Of a stretch of 41,372 bases of DNA, positions 10,896 to 22,534 are shown one piece after another. The position numbers and the translations under genes were made by a program. Each line of letters starts with the position of its first letter. Position 1 is the stretch's first letter. Below the pieces are notes generated by a model, which did not search any database, had not been told where the DNA came from, and saw only the letters and a list, made by a program, of their open reading frames with translations. Source of the DNA: Chiloscyllium plagiosum (taxonomy: Eukaryota); contig NC_057718.1 in assembly GCF_004010195.1 (NCBI RefSeq), positions 3,888,306 to 3,929,677 on the forward strand. Direction: 5' to 3'.

Positions 10896-11082
10896 TCGAG
10901 AAAGCCAGGTGCCAGTCTTTTCCATCTCCTTCTACAATTTACTTCATTTAAAGCAATATCCTTTTCTGATTTTGTTCCCCATTCCACAATAAAAACAATT
11001 ATAAAGATGTGGTCTTTATGGGGAAATGCTCTCAACAACATCCCGACTGCCTACCTGTAACATGTGATTATTTGTCTCACAG

Positions 11083-11156
11083 ACTCACTGACAGCAGCTG
11101 GTGACCAACATCTGCCTGGAGCTTATAGAATCCCTCCTTCAACAGGACACAGACAG
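11083..11156 (+). CDS. Cytoplasmic exon 2 (NSLTAAGDQHLPGAYRIPPSTGHRQ)
   Basis: tttgtctcacag|...CAG|gtgagc; 74 nt; only the phase-1 reading is open; ends in phase 0. Confidence 0.68.
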
Positions 11157-11569
11157 GTGAGCTTCACTGTTCTTCACTGTACATGTTCCTGGAACAGGGA
11201 GGAGCTGGTGTCAATGTCAACTTATGATTTCAAATCAATTTCTCCTGCACAGCCAACCTTTTGTCTTAAGCCCCTTGTTACACCTCACTGGGGTAACACG
11301 CTGGAAATGGAGGCCAGCTATTTATGGACTGGTCACAAAATGTAAAGATTTTTACAAAACACCCATGCAAGTCCCCCATTGTCCTGTCTTTTAGACTCAG
11401 CATGACAGAACGCACAGACCAGGATTCTCTCCTTAACACGAGTTCCTGTTTCTTATAACGAAGTAGAATCTAGTTACAGGGAAACAATGACATATAACCC
11501 TTTCATACTCTCGACTAAACGCCCCCTTTCACACATACAGACTGACAGAGACAAATAAAAACATGGGTG

Positions 11570-11895
11570 TTGTTAGATTAGATTAGATTACATTACATTA
11601 CAGTGTGGAAACAGGCCCTTTGGCCCAACAAGTCCACACCGACCCGCCGAAGCGCAACCACCCATACCCCTATATTTACCCATTACCTAACTCTACGGGC
11701 AATTTAACATGGTCAATTCACCTAACCTGCACATCTTTGGGATTGTGGGAGGAAACCGGAGCACCCGGAGGAAACCCACGCAGACACGGGGAGAATGTGC
11801 AAACTCCACGCAGTCAGTCGCCTGAGGCGGGAATTGAACCCGGGTCTCAGGCGCTGTGAGGCAGCAGTGCTAACCACTGTGCCACCGTGCCACCC
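11570..11895 (-). mobile_element. tRNA-derived SINE (HE1/V-SINE type)
   Basis: Reverse-complement copy with B box GGTTCAATTCC, the same central domain and a (TAATG/TAATC)n tail. Confidence 0.88.
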
Positions 11896-12325
11896 ACGAT
11901 GGCACAGGGAAAGACTGGGAAGATAGTTCAGAGTTCCCTGTCCACAGGGATTTCTGATTTGATTCTTGTGCTGCTCAGACACTGCTTCTCAATCTTCCTT
12001 CTCCAGATGGTTTCACCTGTTTACAGGAGGCACAGGGGGAACTGATTCACACTGACAACAGCTCCCTGAGTGATTAACATTTACAGCATTTACATTTACT
12101 GATTGACACTGATTCACACAGTGCACACTCTTGTGAGAACCCTCCATCTTCCTCCTGCCTTATTTTGCAGATATTAACTTCTGAGGATGATGAGCATAAG
12201 CCCACATGATGTGCTACTACCTGTGGTTCCACACTAGCTGCATAATGAGAAAGTGGAATCTCTTGCAGTTGATGCAAGTCCTTCAATTCACGTGAAAAGT
12301 GTACAAGTACAGGAGTCCCCTCGGC

Positions 12326-12590
12326 AACACTGTGCGGGTTGGGAATCCCAGAGTGGGACGCTCTCAGTGGAGCAGCATTGGTTGGGAAGCCTGGAGTGGG
12401 ACACTCTAGGAAGTGCAGCATGGGTTGGGAAGCCTAGAGTGAGATACCCAAGGAGGTGCAGTGTGAGTTGCGAAGCCTGGAGCAGGACGCTCTAACAGGC
12501 GTGATGTGGGCAGAGAAGCCTGGAGCAGGACACTGTACAAGCTGAAGTGTGCATTGGGAAGCCTGGAAAGGGACACTCTCGGCAGCATGC
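12326..12590. repeat. Degenerate minisatellite, about 43-bp unit, about 6 copies
   Basis: Recurring ggttgggaagcctggagtgggacactct...gcagcat. Confidence 0.8.
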
Positions 12591-13054
12591 TGTCACATTG
12601 GTGAAGGAAACTTTGTAGTCTTTTTCTAAGTTCTCTTTTCTTTATTTTAATTTTAAGATGGTGTGGACGGCACTAATACACAGCAACAGTATATACTTTG
12701 CACGGTTTTTCATATTTAAATACACATGACAATAAATTTTACAATTTCTCAATCCAGAGCAGCTCTCTGACTGATTCATTAAAATTTGCAGCTGACAGGA
12801 ATTGCTGAAAGAAAAATCAAATGACTTTCTTCAGGCTTAAAGTACTGTTTACTGCAGAGAACAGACAGACAGCTCTTGATCTGGTGCAGATCTGATGGCT
12901 TCTGTGTCTTATTCTCACTCTCAAACTTGCTGAGCTCCCTGTGAGCTATTCACATTGTTATTGCAAGACAGAAGGATTTTGTTATAAACAACTAACCACA
13001 GGTTCACAGAACAAACAGCTACATGTTGTTGGTTAGAACTCCACTATTACCTAC

Positions 13055-13210
13055 CCCCCAACCCCATACCCTCCCTCCCACCTCAAATCCCTCTTTCTCT
13101 CTGTCCATCCTCCTTTTCCACATGCTCTGTGACCCCCAACCCCATACCCTCCCTCCCACCTCAAATCCCTCTTTCTCTCTGTCCATCCTCCTTTTCCACA
13201 TGCTCTGTGA
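13055..13210. repeat. Perfect 78-bp tandem duplication
   Basis: 13055-13132 is identical to 13133-13210; pyrimidine-rich. Confidence 0.92.
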
Positions 13211-13886
13211 ACACTCTCCCACTACTGTCCCAAAAGGCAGTTGTGTCAACTACACTTACAATGAGGGCCAGGTTACTTGATTTCAGAAGGTGCAGGAATC
13301 CCTCTACAATCCTTGATTTCTAAAACAGTTAATTTTCCATTTCAGTCCACACTCAAAAATACAAAGCACAAGAAATTGTACATTCCTTGAAAGCTTGTGT
13401 CTCGAGAGGGAGATCAGGAAGACTGATCTTAGATCTCTACATGATCTCTCAGACACTCATGAGGGGCTATCGGAGAACAGCTTAGTATGGCTCATCTCCA
13501 ATTAGCCCTCATGGTGACCAGCAACTGAAAAACAGTGAAAAAAAACACTCAAATTACTAAATGAGACGTACTGGTCCAACTTGTTTTCTGTAGTTCAGAA
13601 TCAGGGTTGAGTCTGACCGGGATGTTCATGTACAAATGTTCCTGATTTTGTTCCTGATTTTCTCTCTTGGATCTAATTCTCTCTGTGAATTATATTCCTT
13701 TTCCACTCAGCTGTACTGTTGGCTGCCCGCAGCTATGATTCGAAAACTGTATGGCAAACTAGTCACCTTGGTGGAAAATAGAAACATTTCAAGACTAATT
13801 CCTGCCTCTGTCTAATCAGCATTCAGTCATCTCTTATTTCACAATGATTACTGAACACAGTATTTATTGTTTCCTTCTTATTACAG

Positions 13887-13928
13887 AATGTGAAAGATTC
13901 TCCAGCAGTTTCTGACTCAATCTACATG
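13887..13928 (+). CDS. Cytoplasmic exon 3 (NVKDSPAVSDSIYM; first half of ITAM)
   Basis: ttgtttccttcttattacag|AAT...TAC ATG|gtaaat; 42 nt; phase 0-0; ends D-S-I-Y-M. Confidence 0.7.
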
Positions 13929-14739
13929 GTAAATATCTAGCACTGCAATTAACATCCATGTTTACAACATTCAACCTATTCCCAAAGAGACCTCTTTCTG
14001 CATTTCCATTGGTCCCATCATCTGACTGACATTTCTATCCACCAATCACAATGAGTGGAAATGGGCTCAGTGACTAGCATGCTGAATTCCCAACTCGATT
14101 ACTGAGATCCTCCTGTTCTCCACTCTTTGACCTCATTGCTTTTCAATCCCAGAATCAGACCACCAGATACCAAGCTTCTCCTGGACCCTCCAAGTTCAAG
14201 TCTCATCCTCTGCCACTTGCCCACTGGCTCTCTGCTAGCCTTTCTTCACTCATACCCAGTCCATGGTCTCCTCAGTCACTGCCTACCTCAGCAGCCAGCT
14301 GTGCTCATCACTGCAATCCACAATTCACAGAAAGAAAACGTTTTTCCATTTATATCAGTCGTCTCACAATCCCAACATGGCGTGGGAGCTTTTACAATGA
14401 CTGAAGCGTGTGGTCACTCTGATCAGAAAGAGACGAACTGATTTAAACACAGCAAGGTCACTGGGAAAATAATGCAGCTTTAGAATATATGAACATAAGA
14501 AATAGGACCAAGTGCAAAGCTGACAGCTTCTTCAAGCTGCTCCACCATTCAATACAATCCTGGCAGATAAACTGCCCCAATTCCACTTCCCCACCTACTC
14601 CTCATATCCCAGAAATTCTCAGAGAAACCAAAGGTCTGTCCATTCCGACCTGAAATGCACTCAGTGATGGAACATTGTCAATTCTTTTGCAGAGAGAATT
14701 CCAGATTAACTACTTGAGGAAAGTAGTTTCTATCAAAAA

Positions 14740-14935
14740 GATCATTTACTTACCTGCTCAAGAAGATAGGGTTTCAGTTTGACATCTCATTCAAAAGCCT
14801 GTCCTGCTGACAGTGCTGCACTGCCTCTGTACTGCACTGAGGGAGCAGCCTGGATGGTACGATCAAATCTCAGGACTTGGCTTTGAATCCAAAATCTCCA
14901 ATCTCAAAAACAAATAGTTTTCCACTGAGCCTACA
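14740..14935 (-). mobile_element. Old Deu-domain SINE (SacSINE1/AmnSINE1-like)
   Basis: Minus strand cagtgcagtacagaggcagtgcagcactgtcag...ttttgaatgagatgtcaaactgaaaccct resembles the Deu domain as I recall it, preceded by a gctcagtgg head. Confidence 0.55.
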
Positions 14936-15107
14936 CTAATGAATGAAGGAGGCTGCTAACATGAATCTGGTTCCAGGGAGGGAAATCCCTTTTGCCCATA
15001 AGCAGTAAATATTGTTAGAATGTGAAATAATTCCAAATAAGTCATCATTGTGTCCATGTTTTAGATCACATGTTTTAACATTTCTCTTTTTCTTGTTAGC
15101 ACTGCAG

Positions 15108-15141
15108 CAATGGGATCACTCTATTTACAGTGAGCTGAAAG
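15108..15141 (+). CDS. Cytoplasmic exon 4 (QWDHSIYSELK; second half of ITAM)
   Basis: Strong pyrimidine tract tttctctttttcttgttag|cactgcag|CAA...AAA G|gtatgt. Using the AG before 15108 is in frame (phase 0-1). Using the AG before 15100 is frameshifted by one base. Confidence 0.7.
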
Positions 15142-16735
15142 GTATGTTTCTAGTTTTGCCTCTAACAGGGTAGTTTACCGAGTGGAGCAATGTTTACGCT
15201 ATCTCTAAGAAATGAGAATCTGGGTGTGGGGATTGTGTTATTCATGAGTCTAAAATTACTATTATGTACAGCTGCTTCAGAAATGGAGGAGACTCCTGAC
15301 CTTCCTCAGGCTTGTCGATGTCAGGACTAACATTAGTGACTGGGTTACACAGAGCAGGATTATTTCCAGTACAGTCCCTGCTTCATGTGATCTGATACAA
15401 GATGGAGACAGAGATCTTTGTACTCTCAGGTCACAGCCTGTGATGCAGTGATGATGTCATCACCATATACAATCATAGAATCATTCAGTACAAAAGAGAT
15501 CCTTCAGCCCATCGAGTCTGTTCCATCAATCATTACACTAAACCTCCACGAGTTCAAATTTCAACCATTAAGTTCACAGCCTTGAATATTATGACATTGC
15601 AGTTGCTTATCCAAGTTATTTCTGAAGGTTGAGGTTTCCCACCTCAACTACTCTCCCAGGCAGTGAATTCCATATTCCTGCCACTCTCTGGGTGACAAGA
15701 CCTTTCCTCAAATCCCCTCTAAATCTCCAGCCTTTCATAGATTCATTGAATCATAGAGCACAGAACCAGCCCCTTCGGTCCAACTTGTCCATGCTGACCA
15801 CTTTCCCAGTTGAAACTAGTCCAATTTGCATGTGTTTGACCCATATCCAATGAAACCTTTCCTGTTCATGTCCCTGTACAAATGTCTTTTAAATGTTACA
15901 ATTATACCTGTATCTACCATTTCCTCTGGCAGTTCATTCCACTTATGAACCACCCTCCGTGTGAATATATTGCTCCTCAGTTCCCTTTTAAATCTTGCTC
16001 CTGTCACCTTAAAAATGTGTGCCCTAGTTTTGCATCCCTTACCCTCAGGAAATTATCTTTGCTCTTCACCCTATCTCTGTTCCTCCTGAGTTTTAAATCA
16101 CTCCCTCAACCTCTAATACTGCAGTGATAAAAGTCTCAGCCTGTCCAGCCTCTCCTTTTAACTGAGGACAAGCTCCCCAAGCTCCCTCTGTCCCTCTGAG
16201 CTTCCTTGTGTCCTGTCATTCATTGAGTCCTCCATGTCTCATAAAGCTCCCCTGACCCACTGACTGTGAGACTGAACACAACAACCAATGAAGTGGAATT
16301 AAAAACACAGCCTAATGGTGACCATTGAAAACTGGCCGATGGTCATCAATAACTTCCCAGTTAATGAACATATCTCTCAGGAAACCTGTCCCTTATACCT
16401 GGGCAGGTCTATATGTGACTCCAGAACCACAGCAATGTGATTGAGTCTAAACAACCCTCTGAAATGGCACTAACAAGACAGTCAGTTCAAGGGGCAATTT
16501 GGGAATGGGTAGTGAATGCTGGCCCAGTCAGTGACATCTACATCCCATGAACGAATAAAAAATAAACCATCACTCAACATGGCCCTGTGTTTATTGTAAT
16601 CATTCTGCAAATGAGGACATGGTTGTCTGCGCCAGCTTTTGCAAAATTGGGTACTGCAGATGCTGGAGATCAGAGTCAAGATTAGAGTGGTGCTGGAAAA
16701 GCACAGCAGGTCAGACAGCATACGAGGAGCAGGAA

Positions 16736-16771
16736 AATCGACGTTTCAGGCAAAAGCCCTTCATCAGGAAT
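16736..16771 (-). ncRNA. Minimal hammerhead ribozyme motif in a solo Penelope pLTR fragment (about 16650-16805)
   Basis: Reverse complement ATTC-CTGATGA-A-GGGC-TTTT-GCCT-GAAA-CGTC-GATT. Confidence 0.75.
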
Positions 16772-16904
16772 GAGGCAGGGAGCCTCCGGGGTGGAGAGAT
16801 AAATAGCATCATGAACTGACAGTGGGCAGTGAGTGCAGTGTGGTCATTGGTTATGTCTGAGACACACTCACTTGCTCAATCTCATAGCACCAAAGCATTT
16901 TTAA

Positions 16905-17200
16905 TAGAATCCCTACAGTGTGGGAACAGACCCTTCGGCCCAACAAGTCCACACTGACGCTCCAAAGACTAACCCCCCCAGACTCATTCCTCTACCCTAT
17001 TATCCTATATTTACCCCTGACTGATGCACCTAGCCTGCAAATCCCTGAACAAAATGGGCAATTGAGCATGGCCAATTCACCTAACCTGCACATCTTTGGA
17101 CTGTGGGAGGGAACTGGAGCAACCGGAGGACACAGGAAACTCCACAGACAGTTGTCTGAGCCTGGAATCAAACCCAGTTCCCTAGTGCTGGTGTTGTGAC
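16905..17200 (-). mobile_element. tRNA-derived SINE (HE1/V-SINE type), degenerate
   Basis: Shares caattcacctaacctgcacatctttggactgtgggagg and the tail with the other copies. Confidence 0.78.
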
Positions 17201-17399
17201 CAACTGCAGCCTCGACTGACATTGTCTCTGGGATACATACCTTCCCCACCAGCTGGTGAGACATGGCTGGGAGCTTCCAGGCAGGAATCTCTGAGTTATC
17301 ACCTGGATAAACCTATTACACATAAAATTATCTTTTGTTGCGGCATTTCATGAAAAATTAATTTTGGAAATTAGTAATGTTTTTAATTTTATTTGATAG

Positions 17400-17425
17400 G
17401 CCCTAAAGCAACTCCTGAAACCTAA
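17400..17425 (+). CDS. Candidate terminal coding exon (GPKATPET*)
   Basis: ttttaattttatttgatag|GC CCT AAA GCA ACT CCT GAA ACC TAA; phase 1 matches the previous exon. An alternative acceptor near 15272 exists. Confidence 0.45.
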
Positions 17426-17834
17426 ACTACAGAATCAATCCTTCTGTGCAATACTGGGGTCCGGGAACATAAGGATTATTCCCAGACTATGCACGCTCAT
17501 TGATAGATATTGTAAACAGTTGAGACCTCAGCACTGACCCTGCAACAATCTCTGATTCTTACCCTGTCTGGCCTAATGTGACTTCAGAAACAGAGTTTAA
17601 TTTCATTAATTTTTGTCTCCTCTCTGGGCACTTTGGAACGACCAATAAATGCTGGCTAGCCATTAATGCCCAATATGTGAACAAGTGAAAGGTCAGCTTC
17701 ACTAGTTACAGCCTGAAAATGACTCTTTTATCACTGCTGTTTGTTGTTGTAAATCCATCCTCTATTCATGAAAAAATTATCCTCCCTTTAATGTGAGCTG
17801 TTATTGGACAGCATAACCTCTGATGTGCTTTAGA

Positions 17835-17840
17835 AATAAA
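17835..17840 (+). promoter_or_regulatory. Candidate polyadenylation signal
   Basis: AATAAA about 410 nt after the candidate stop, with a T-rich stretch about 20-30 nt downstream. Confidence 0.25.
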
Positions 17841-18949
17841 AGTATACCACATCGACAGATTGTTCTTTCTCAACATTGATTGTAATTTTGTCAACAAGCT
17901 GATGAATGAACTAAACATCTTTTCACTTCCACAAAATCTCAATGCAGACTACTTGTCTGCACTGAGATTTCAAAGTCCCTTGCTATAACAGCCTTGGTAA
18001 TCAATTTGAACAAATGTTTGGTGAACTCCTTATTATTTTCTCCTGGCTTTGAAGTAATGTTGCAGGAGGTGGAGTTCCCATGTACCTGCTGCCCTTGTAC
18101 TTCTACAAGTGGTTGTGAGTTTAGAGGATGCTGTCTGAGGACATTTGGTGAATTTCTGCAGTGCATCTTGTCAAGGGTAAACACTACTGTTACTGAGGGT
18201 TGGTGGTGGAGAGAGGAGATGTTTGAAGGCATGGTGCCATTCAAGTGGTTGCTTTGTACTGGATGGTATCAAGCTATTTTAACTGTTGTTGGGAACTTTC
18301 AAGAAATCATTTGTGATGTAGATCACATTTTCACATTGCAATGAGTGACCAGTTCCTCCCAACCTCTGCAACTGAACAGCATTACAGTCTGTGTGCACTG
18401 CCCTGTGTCTGTAACTGTAAAAAACCTCACCCCTTGTGTATCTTTTTCATTGAAAATAATAAGTGTATTTTTAAAAAATTATCAATGTCCACATTGGATA
18501 CAAATCTCTCCCTTCGCAACATAAGGAATATTTTTGATTCATTTTATTTTAAACCACCTCCAAATGCTGTGTGTAATTAATTAAACTGCAATGACACAGG
18601 TTTAATCAGACCAACATCAACACTCTCAAGGACTGATTAAAAAGCCCAGATCAAATGGAGTGTCGCTCAGTGACCCCGAACCAGCCCTCCTCCAATTGCA
18701 CATAGAGCTAAAGGTGTTCTTGGTCAGACTTTGGGGAAATAATGTCAGTGACCCCTCAAATTAGCATCTTCGTCACTGTTTGAGTGCATCTGGAACTTTC
18801 TGTTCTTGCATTATTCCCTTACAACATCCAATTATTTCAAATGTGCCTCATTTCTAAGGGGTGGGATTTACAACACAATGCCACTATTTAAAGTGTGGTG
18901 GGACACTTATTTAAAAAAAGGCTCTGCACAGTACCATCTATCCTAGCTC

Positions 18950-20715
18950 CTAACATAGAACACAGAACATAGAACATTACAATATAGTACAGGCCATTCG
19001 GCCCTCGATGTTGCACCAACCTGTGGAACCAACCTGAAGCCCATCGAACCTATAGTATTCCATGAACATCCATATGTTTATCCAATAACTATTTAAATGC
19101 CCTTAAAGTTGGCGAGTCTACTACTGTTGTAAACAGGGCATTCCACGCTCTTACTCTGAGTAAAGAAACTACCTCTGACATCTGTCTTCTGTCTATCACC
19201 CCTCAATTTAAAGCAATGTCCCCTCATGTTAGCCATCACCATCTGTGGAAAAAGGCTCTCCCTGTCCACCCTCTGATTATCTTATATGTATGAATTAAAT
19301 CACCTCTCAACCTTCTCTCTAATGAAAACAGCCTCAAGTCCCTCACCCTTAGCCTTGTGTCATAAGATCTTTCTATTATGCCAGGCAACATTCTAGTAAC
19401 TCTCCTCTGAACCCTTTGCAAAGTATCCATATCCTTCCTATAATGCTGTGACCAGATCTGTAATCAATACTCCAACTGTGGCCACACCAAAGTTTTGTTC
19501 AGCTTCAACATGACCTCATGTCTCTGAAATTCAATCCATCTATCAATAAAAGCTAACACACCATATGCCTTCTTAACAATCCAATCATCCAGGGTGGCAA
19601 CTTTCAGGGATCAAGTACATGGACACCGAGGTCTCTCTGCTCACTTACACTATCAAGAATCTTACCATTCGCCCAGTACACTTTATTCCCCTTGCTCCTT
19701 CCAAACTGAATAATCCCACACTTTTCAGTATTAAACTCCATTTGCCACCTCTCAGCCCACCTCTCACCTCTGCAGCATATCTATATCCCTCTGTGACCTG
19801 CAACATCCTTCGGCAGTATCCACAACTCCACTGCCCTTAGTATCATCCGCAAATTTACTAACCCTTCCTTCTATGCCCTCATCCAGGTCATTTATAAAAA
19901 TGACAAAAAGCAGTGTCCCCAAAACAGATTCTTGTGGTGCACCACTAGTAACTGAACACAAGGGTGAACATTTCCCATCAAACACCACCCTCTATCTTCT
20001 TTCAGCACACCAATTTCTGATCCAAACCGCTAAATTACCCTCAATCCCATGCCTCCATATTTTCTGCAATAGCCTACCATGGGGAACCTTATCAAACACC
20101 TTACTGACATCCATATACACCACACCAACCATTTTACTGTCACCCACCTGTTTGGTCACCTTCTCAAAGAACTTAATAAGTTTTGTGAAGCACGACCTAC
20201 CCATCACAAAATCGTATTGACTATCCCTAATCAAATTATTCCTCTCTAGATGATTATAAATCTGATTTGTTAGAATATTTTCTAACACTTGACCAACAAG
20301 TGAAGTAAGACTCACTGGTCTATAATTATCAGGGTTGTCTCTACTCACCTTCTGGAAAAGGAGTCAACATTTGCTCTCCTCCAGTCTTCTGGCACGATTC
20401 CTACAGACAATTCCTACTGACATAACTATCAAAGCCAAAGGCTTTGCAATCTCCTCCTTGGCTTCCCAGAGAATCCTAGGATAAATCCCCTTCAACCCAG
20501 AGGACTTATCTATTTTCACACTTTCTAGAATTGCTCACACCTCCTCCTTATGAACCTTAATCCCATCTGGTCTAGTAGCCTGTTTTTCAGTATTCTCCTT
20601 GACAACATTGTCTTTTTCCAGTGTGAATATCAATGAAAAATATTCATTTAGTGCTTCCCCTATCTCCTCAGACTCCATGCACAATTTTCCACTTCTACCT
20701 TTGATTGGCCCTATA
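18950..20715 (-). mobile_element. CR1-clade LINE, RT and 3' end, degenerate
   Basis: NYRPVSLTS, YMDVSKVFDKVPH, SGAPQESVLG, SKFADDTK motifs; (CTATGTT)n tail. Confidence 0.92.
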
Positions 20716-20879
20716 ATCGAAGGACGAAGCAATGAAGCAAAGCATGAAGTGTCTTTTTTCCCACCCTGTCTACATGTGATGCAAACTTGAAAGAATTCTG
20801 TACCAGCAACCCTCAGCTGAACAAACATTCTTCACATCCACTTTCCTGGAAACTAATCATGAAGTTATCAACCTCAGTC

Positions 20880-21960
20880 TTAAACATACACAAACTCTGC
20901 TCCCAGCTCTCTGGAGCAAGGAACCCAAAGGCTCACAATTCTGTGAGAGAAGAAATCCTTCCTCATCTCAGCCTGAAACTGGTGCCCCTTAATTCTGAGA
21001 CTGTGGCCTCTGGTCTGAGACTCTCCCATGAGGGGAAACATCGTCTCAGCATTTACTCCGTTAAGCCCCTTAAGAATCCTATACGCTTCATAGGAAATAA
21101 CCTCTCATTCTTCTAAACTCAAGTGCCTGGAGTCCCAACCTGTTCAGCCTTTGCTCAAATGACAATCCCTCCATACCGGGGATCATCCTCGTGAACCTTC
21201 CCTGAACTGCTTCCAATGAGATAATATCTTTCTTTAAATAAGGTGAACCAAACCGCTGACAGTACACATGATGTAGTCCCACCAGCACCTTGTACAATTG
21301 CAGTGAGACTTCCCTACACTTTTACTTCAACTCCCTTGAAATACGGGCCAACATTCCTGAGTTTAGTGCACAAGTTTACCCAATCTCTTTGTGTTGCAGT
21401 TTTCTGCAATTTCTCTCCATTTAAATAATATTCTATTCTTTTGTTCTCCATTCCAAATTAAACATTTGGACACATTACACTCCATTTGCCAGGTTTTGCA
21501 CACTTTTTAAATGATCAAAATCTGTTTGCGTGTCTCTCACAAACTGCATTTTCACCTACTTTTGTGTCATCTTCAAATATTCCTACTGTACATTGGCCTC
21601 CTTTCTCCTGTTGTAATAAATTGTGGTCCTAGCACTGGAATCCACTGGTCACCCTGTAAAAGAACCCCTTATCCCTTTTTGTTGTTTCCTGCCCATGAGC
21701 CATTTCTCTGGCCACAATAATATGCTCCCTCCAATATTCTTGGCTCTTATCAAATGAATTAAACTTTTATGAGTAGCCTCACCAAATGCCTCCTGGAAGA
21801 GCAAAAACAACAGATTTACTGGTTCCCCTCTCTCCACTCTGTGTGAGACTTTCTTGAAAAACTCAAATAAATTAGTCAGACACAATTTCCCTTTCATGAA
21901 GCCACACACTGACTCTGCTTGATTAGATTATGATTTTTCAAATGTTCTGCTATTAATCCT
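20880..21960 (-). mobile_element. CR1-clade LINE fragments
   Basis: GFMKGKLCLTNLFEFF; PYLKKDIISLEAVQGRFTRMIPG. Confidence 0.85.
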
Positions 21961-21984
21961 GAATATATTTAAGTGATTTTTTTA

Positions 21985-22420
21985 CTCCATCTGGGAGGAA
22001 GGGATTGTCCTGATTGGAGTTAAGAATGAAAAGAAGATTTGAAGCATCTCAGTTTCTTTGGGCCTTGACAGGGTGAATATGGAGAGGAGGTTGTTTCCCT
22101 TTTTGGGAGAGTCTGGACCAGAGGACAAAAGCTCATAGGAATGGGTCTGTGATTTAAGATGGAAATGAGGAGGAATTTCATCTCTCAGAGGAAGTGAATC
22201 TGAGGAATTCTTTACCACAGTGGGCTGTTGAGACTGAGTCCTGAAGTAACTTTAAGTCTGATAGCGACAGATTTTTAATCAGGAATGGAATCCAGGGTTA
22301 TGGGGAAAAGGCAGGAAAGTAGAGATGGGGACTATCAGAGCAGCCATGATCTCACTGAATGGCAGAGCCAACACAATGAGCTGAATGGCCCAATTCTGCT
22401 CTTATATCCTCTGGTCTTAA
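21985..22420 (+). mobile_element. CR1-clade LINE 3' end
   Basis: gaggaggaatttc...gggttatggggaaaaggcagg...gagctgaatggcc tail shared with other copies. Confidence 0.7.
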
Positions 22421-22534
22421 GGTCTAGTTGTGGCATTTAACAGGCTATTGGATAGTTATTTAAACATAAACAATGTGCAGGATGGAGGGGAATAGGCAAA
22501 CATTGGCATTTAGTTAAAGTGATCAGAGAGCTGG

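Noticed and set aside
12171-12245. Strong acceptor (ccttattttgcag) followed by ILTSEDDEHKPT*CATTCGSTLAA*, a possible phase-0 terminal exon
   Set aside because: It is phase-compatible with 11156 but has no donor or intact motif. The 13887/15108 exons give a much better ITAM-bearing path. An alternative short-tail isoform cannot be excluded.
12326-12590. CRISPR-like repeat/spacer appearance
   Set aside because: Vertebrate DNA, the spacers resemble each other and there are no cas genes; it is a minisatellite.
13711-13800. Acceptor-like ttccttttccactcag with KLYGKL in one frame
   Set aside because: No convincing donor, and not needed for phase continuity.
15272-15330. Alternative terminal exon AASEMEETPDLPQACRCQD*
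   Set aside because: Weak pyrimidine tract compared with 17400; cannot be decided without transcripts.
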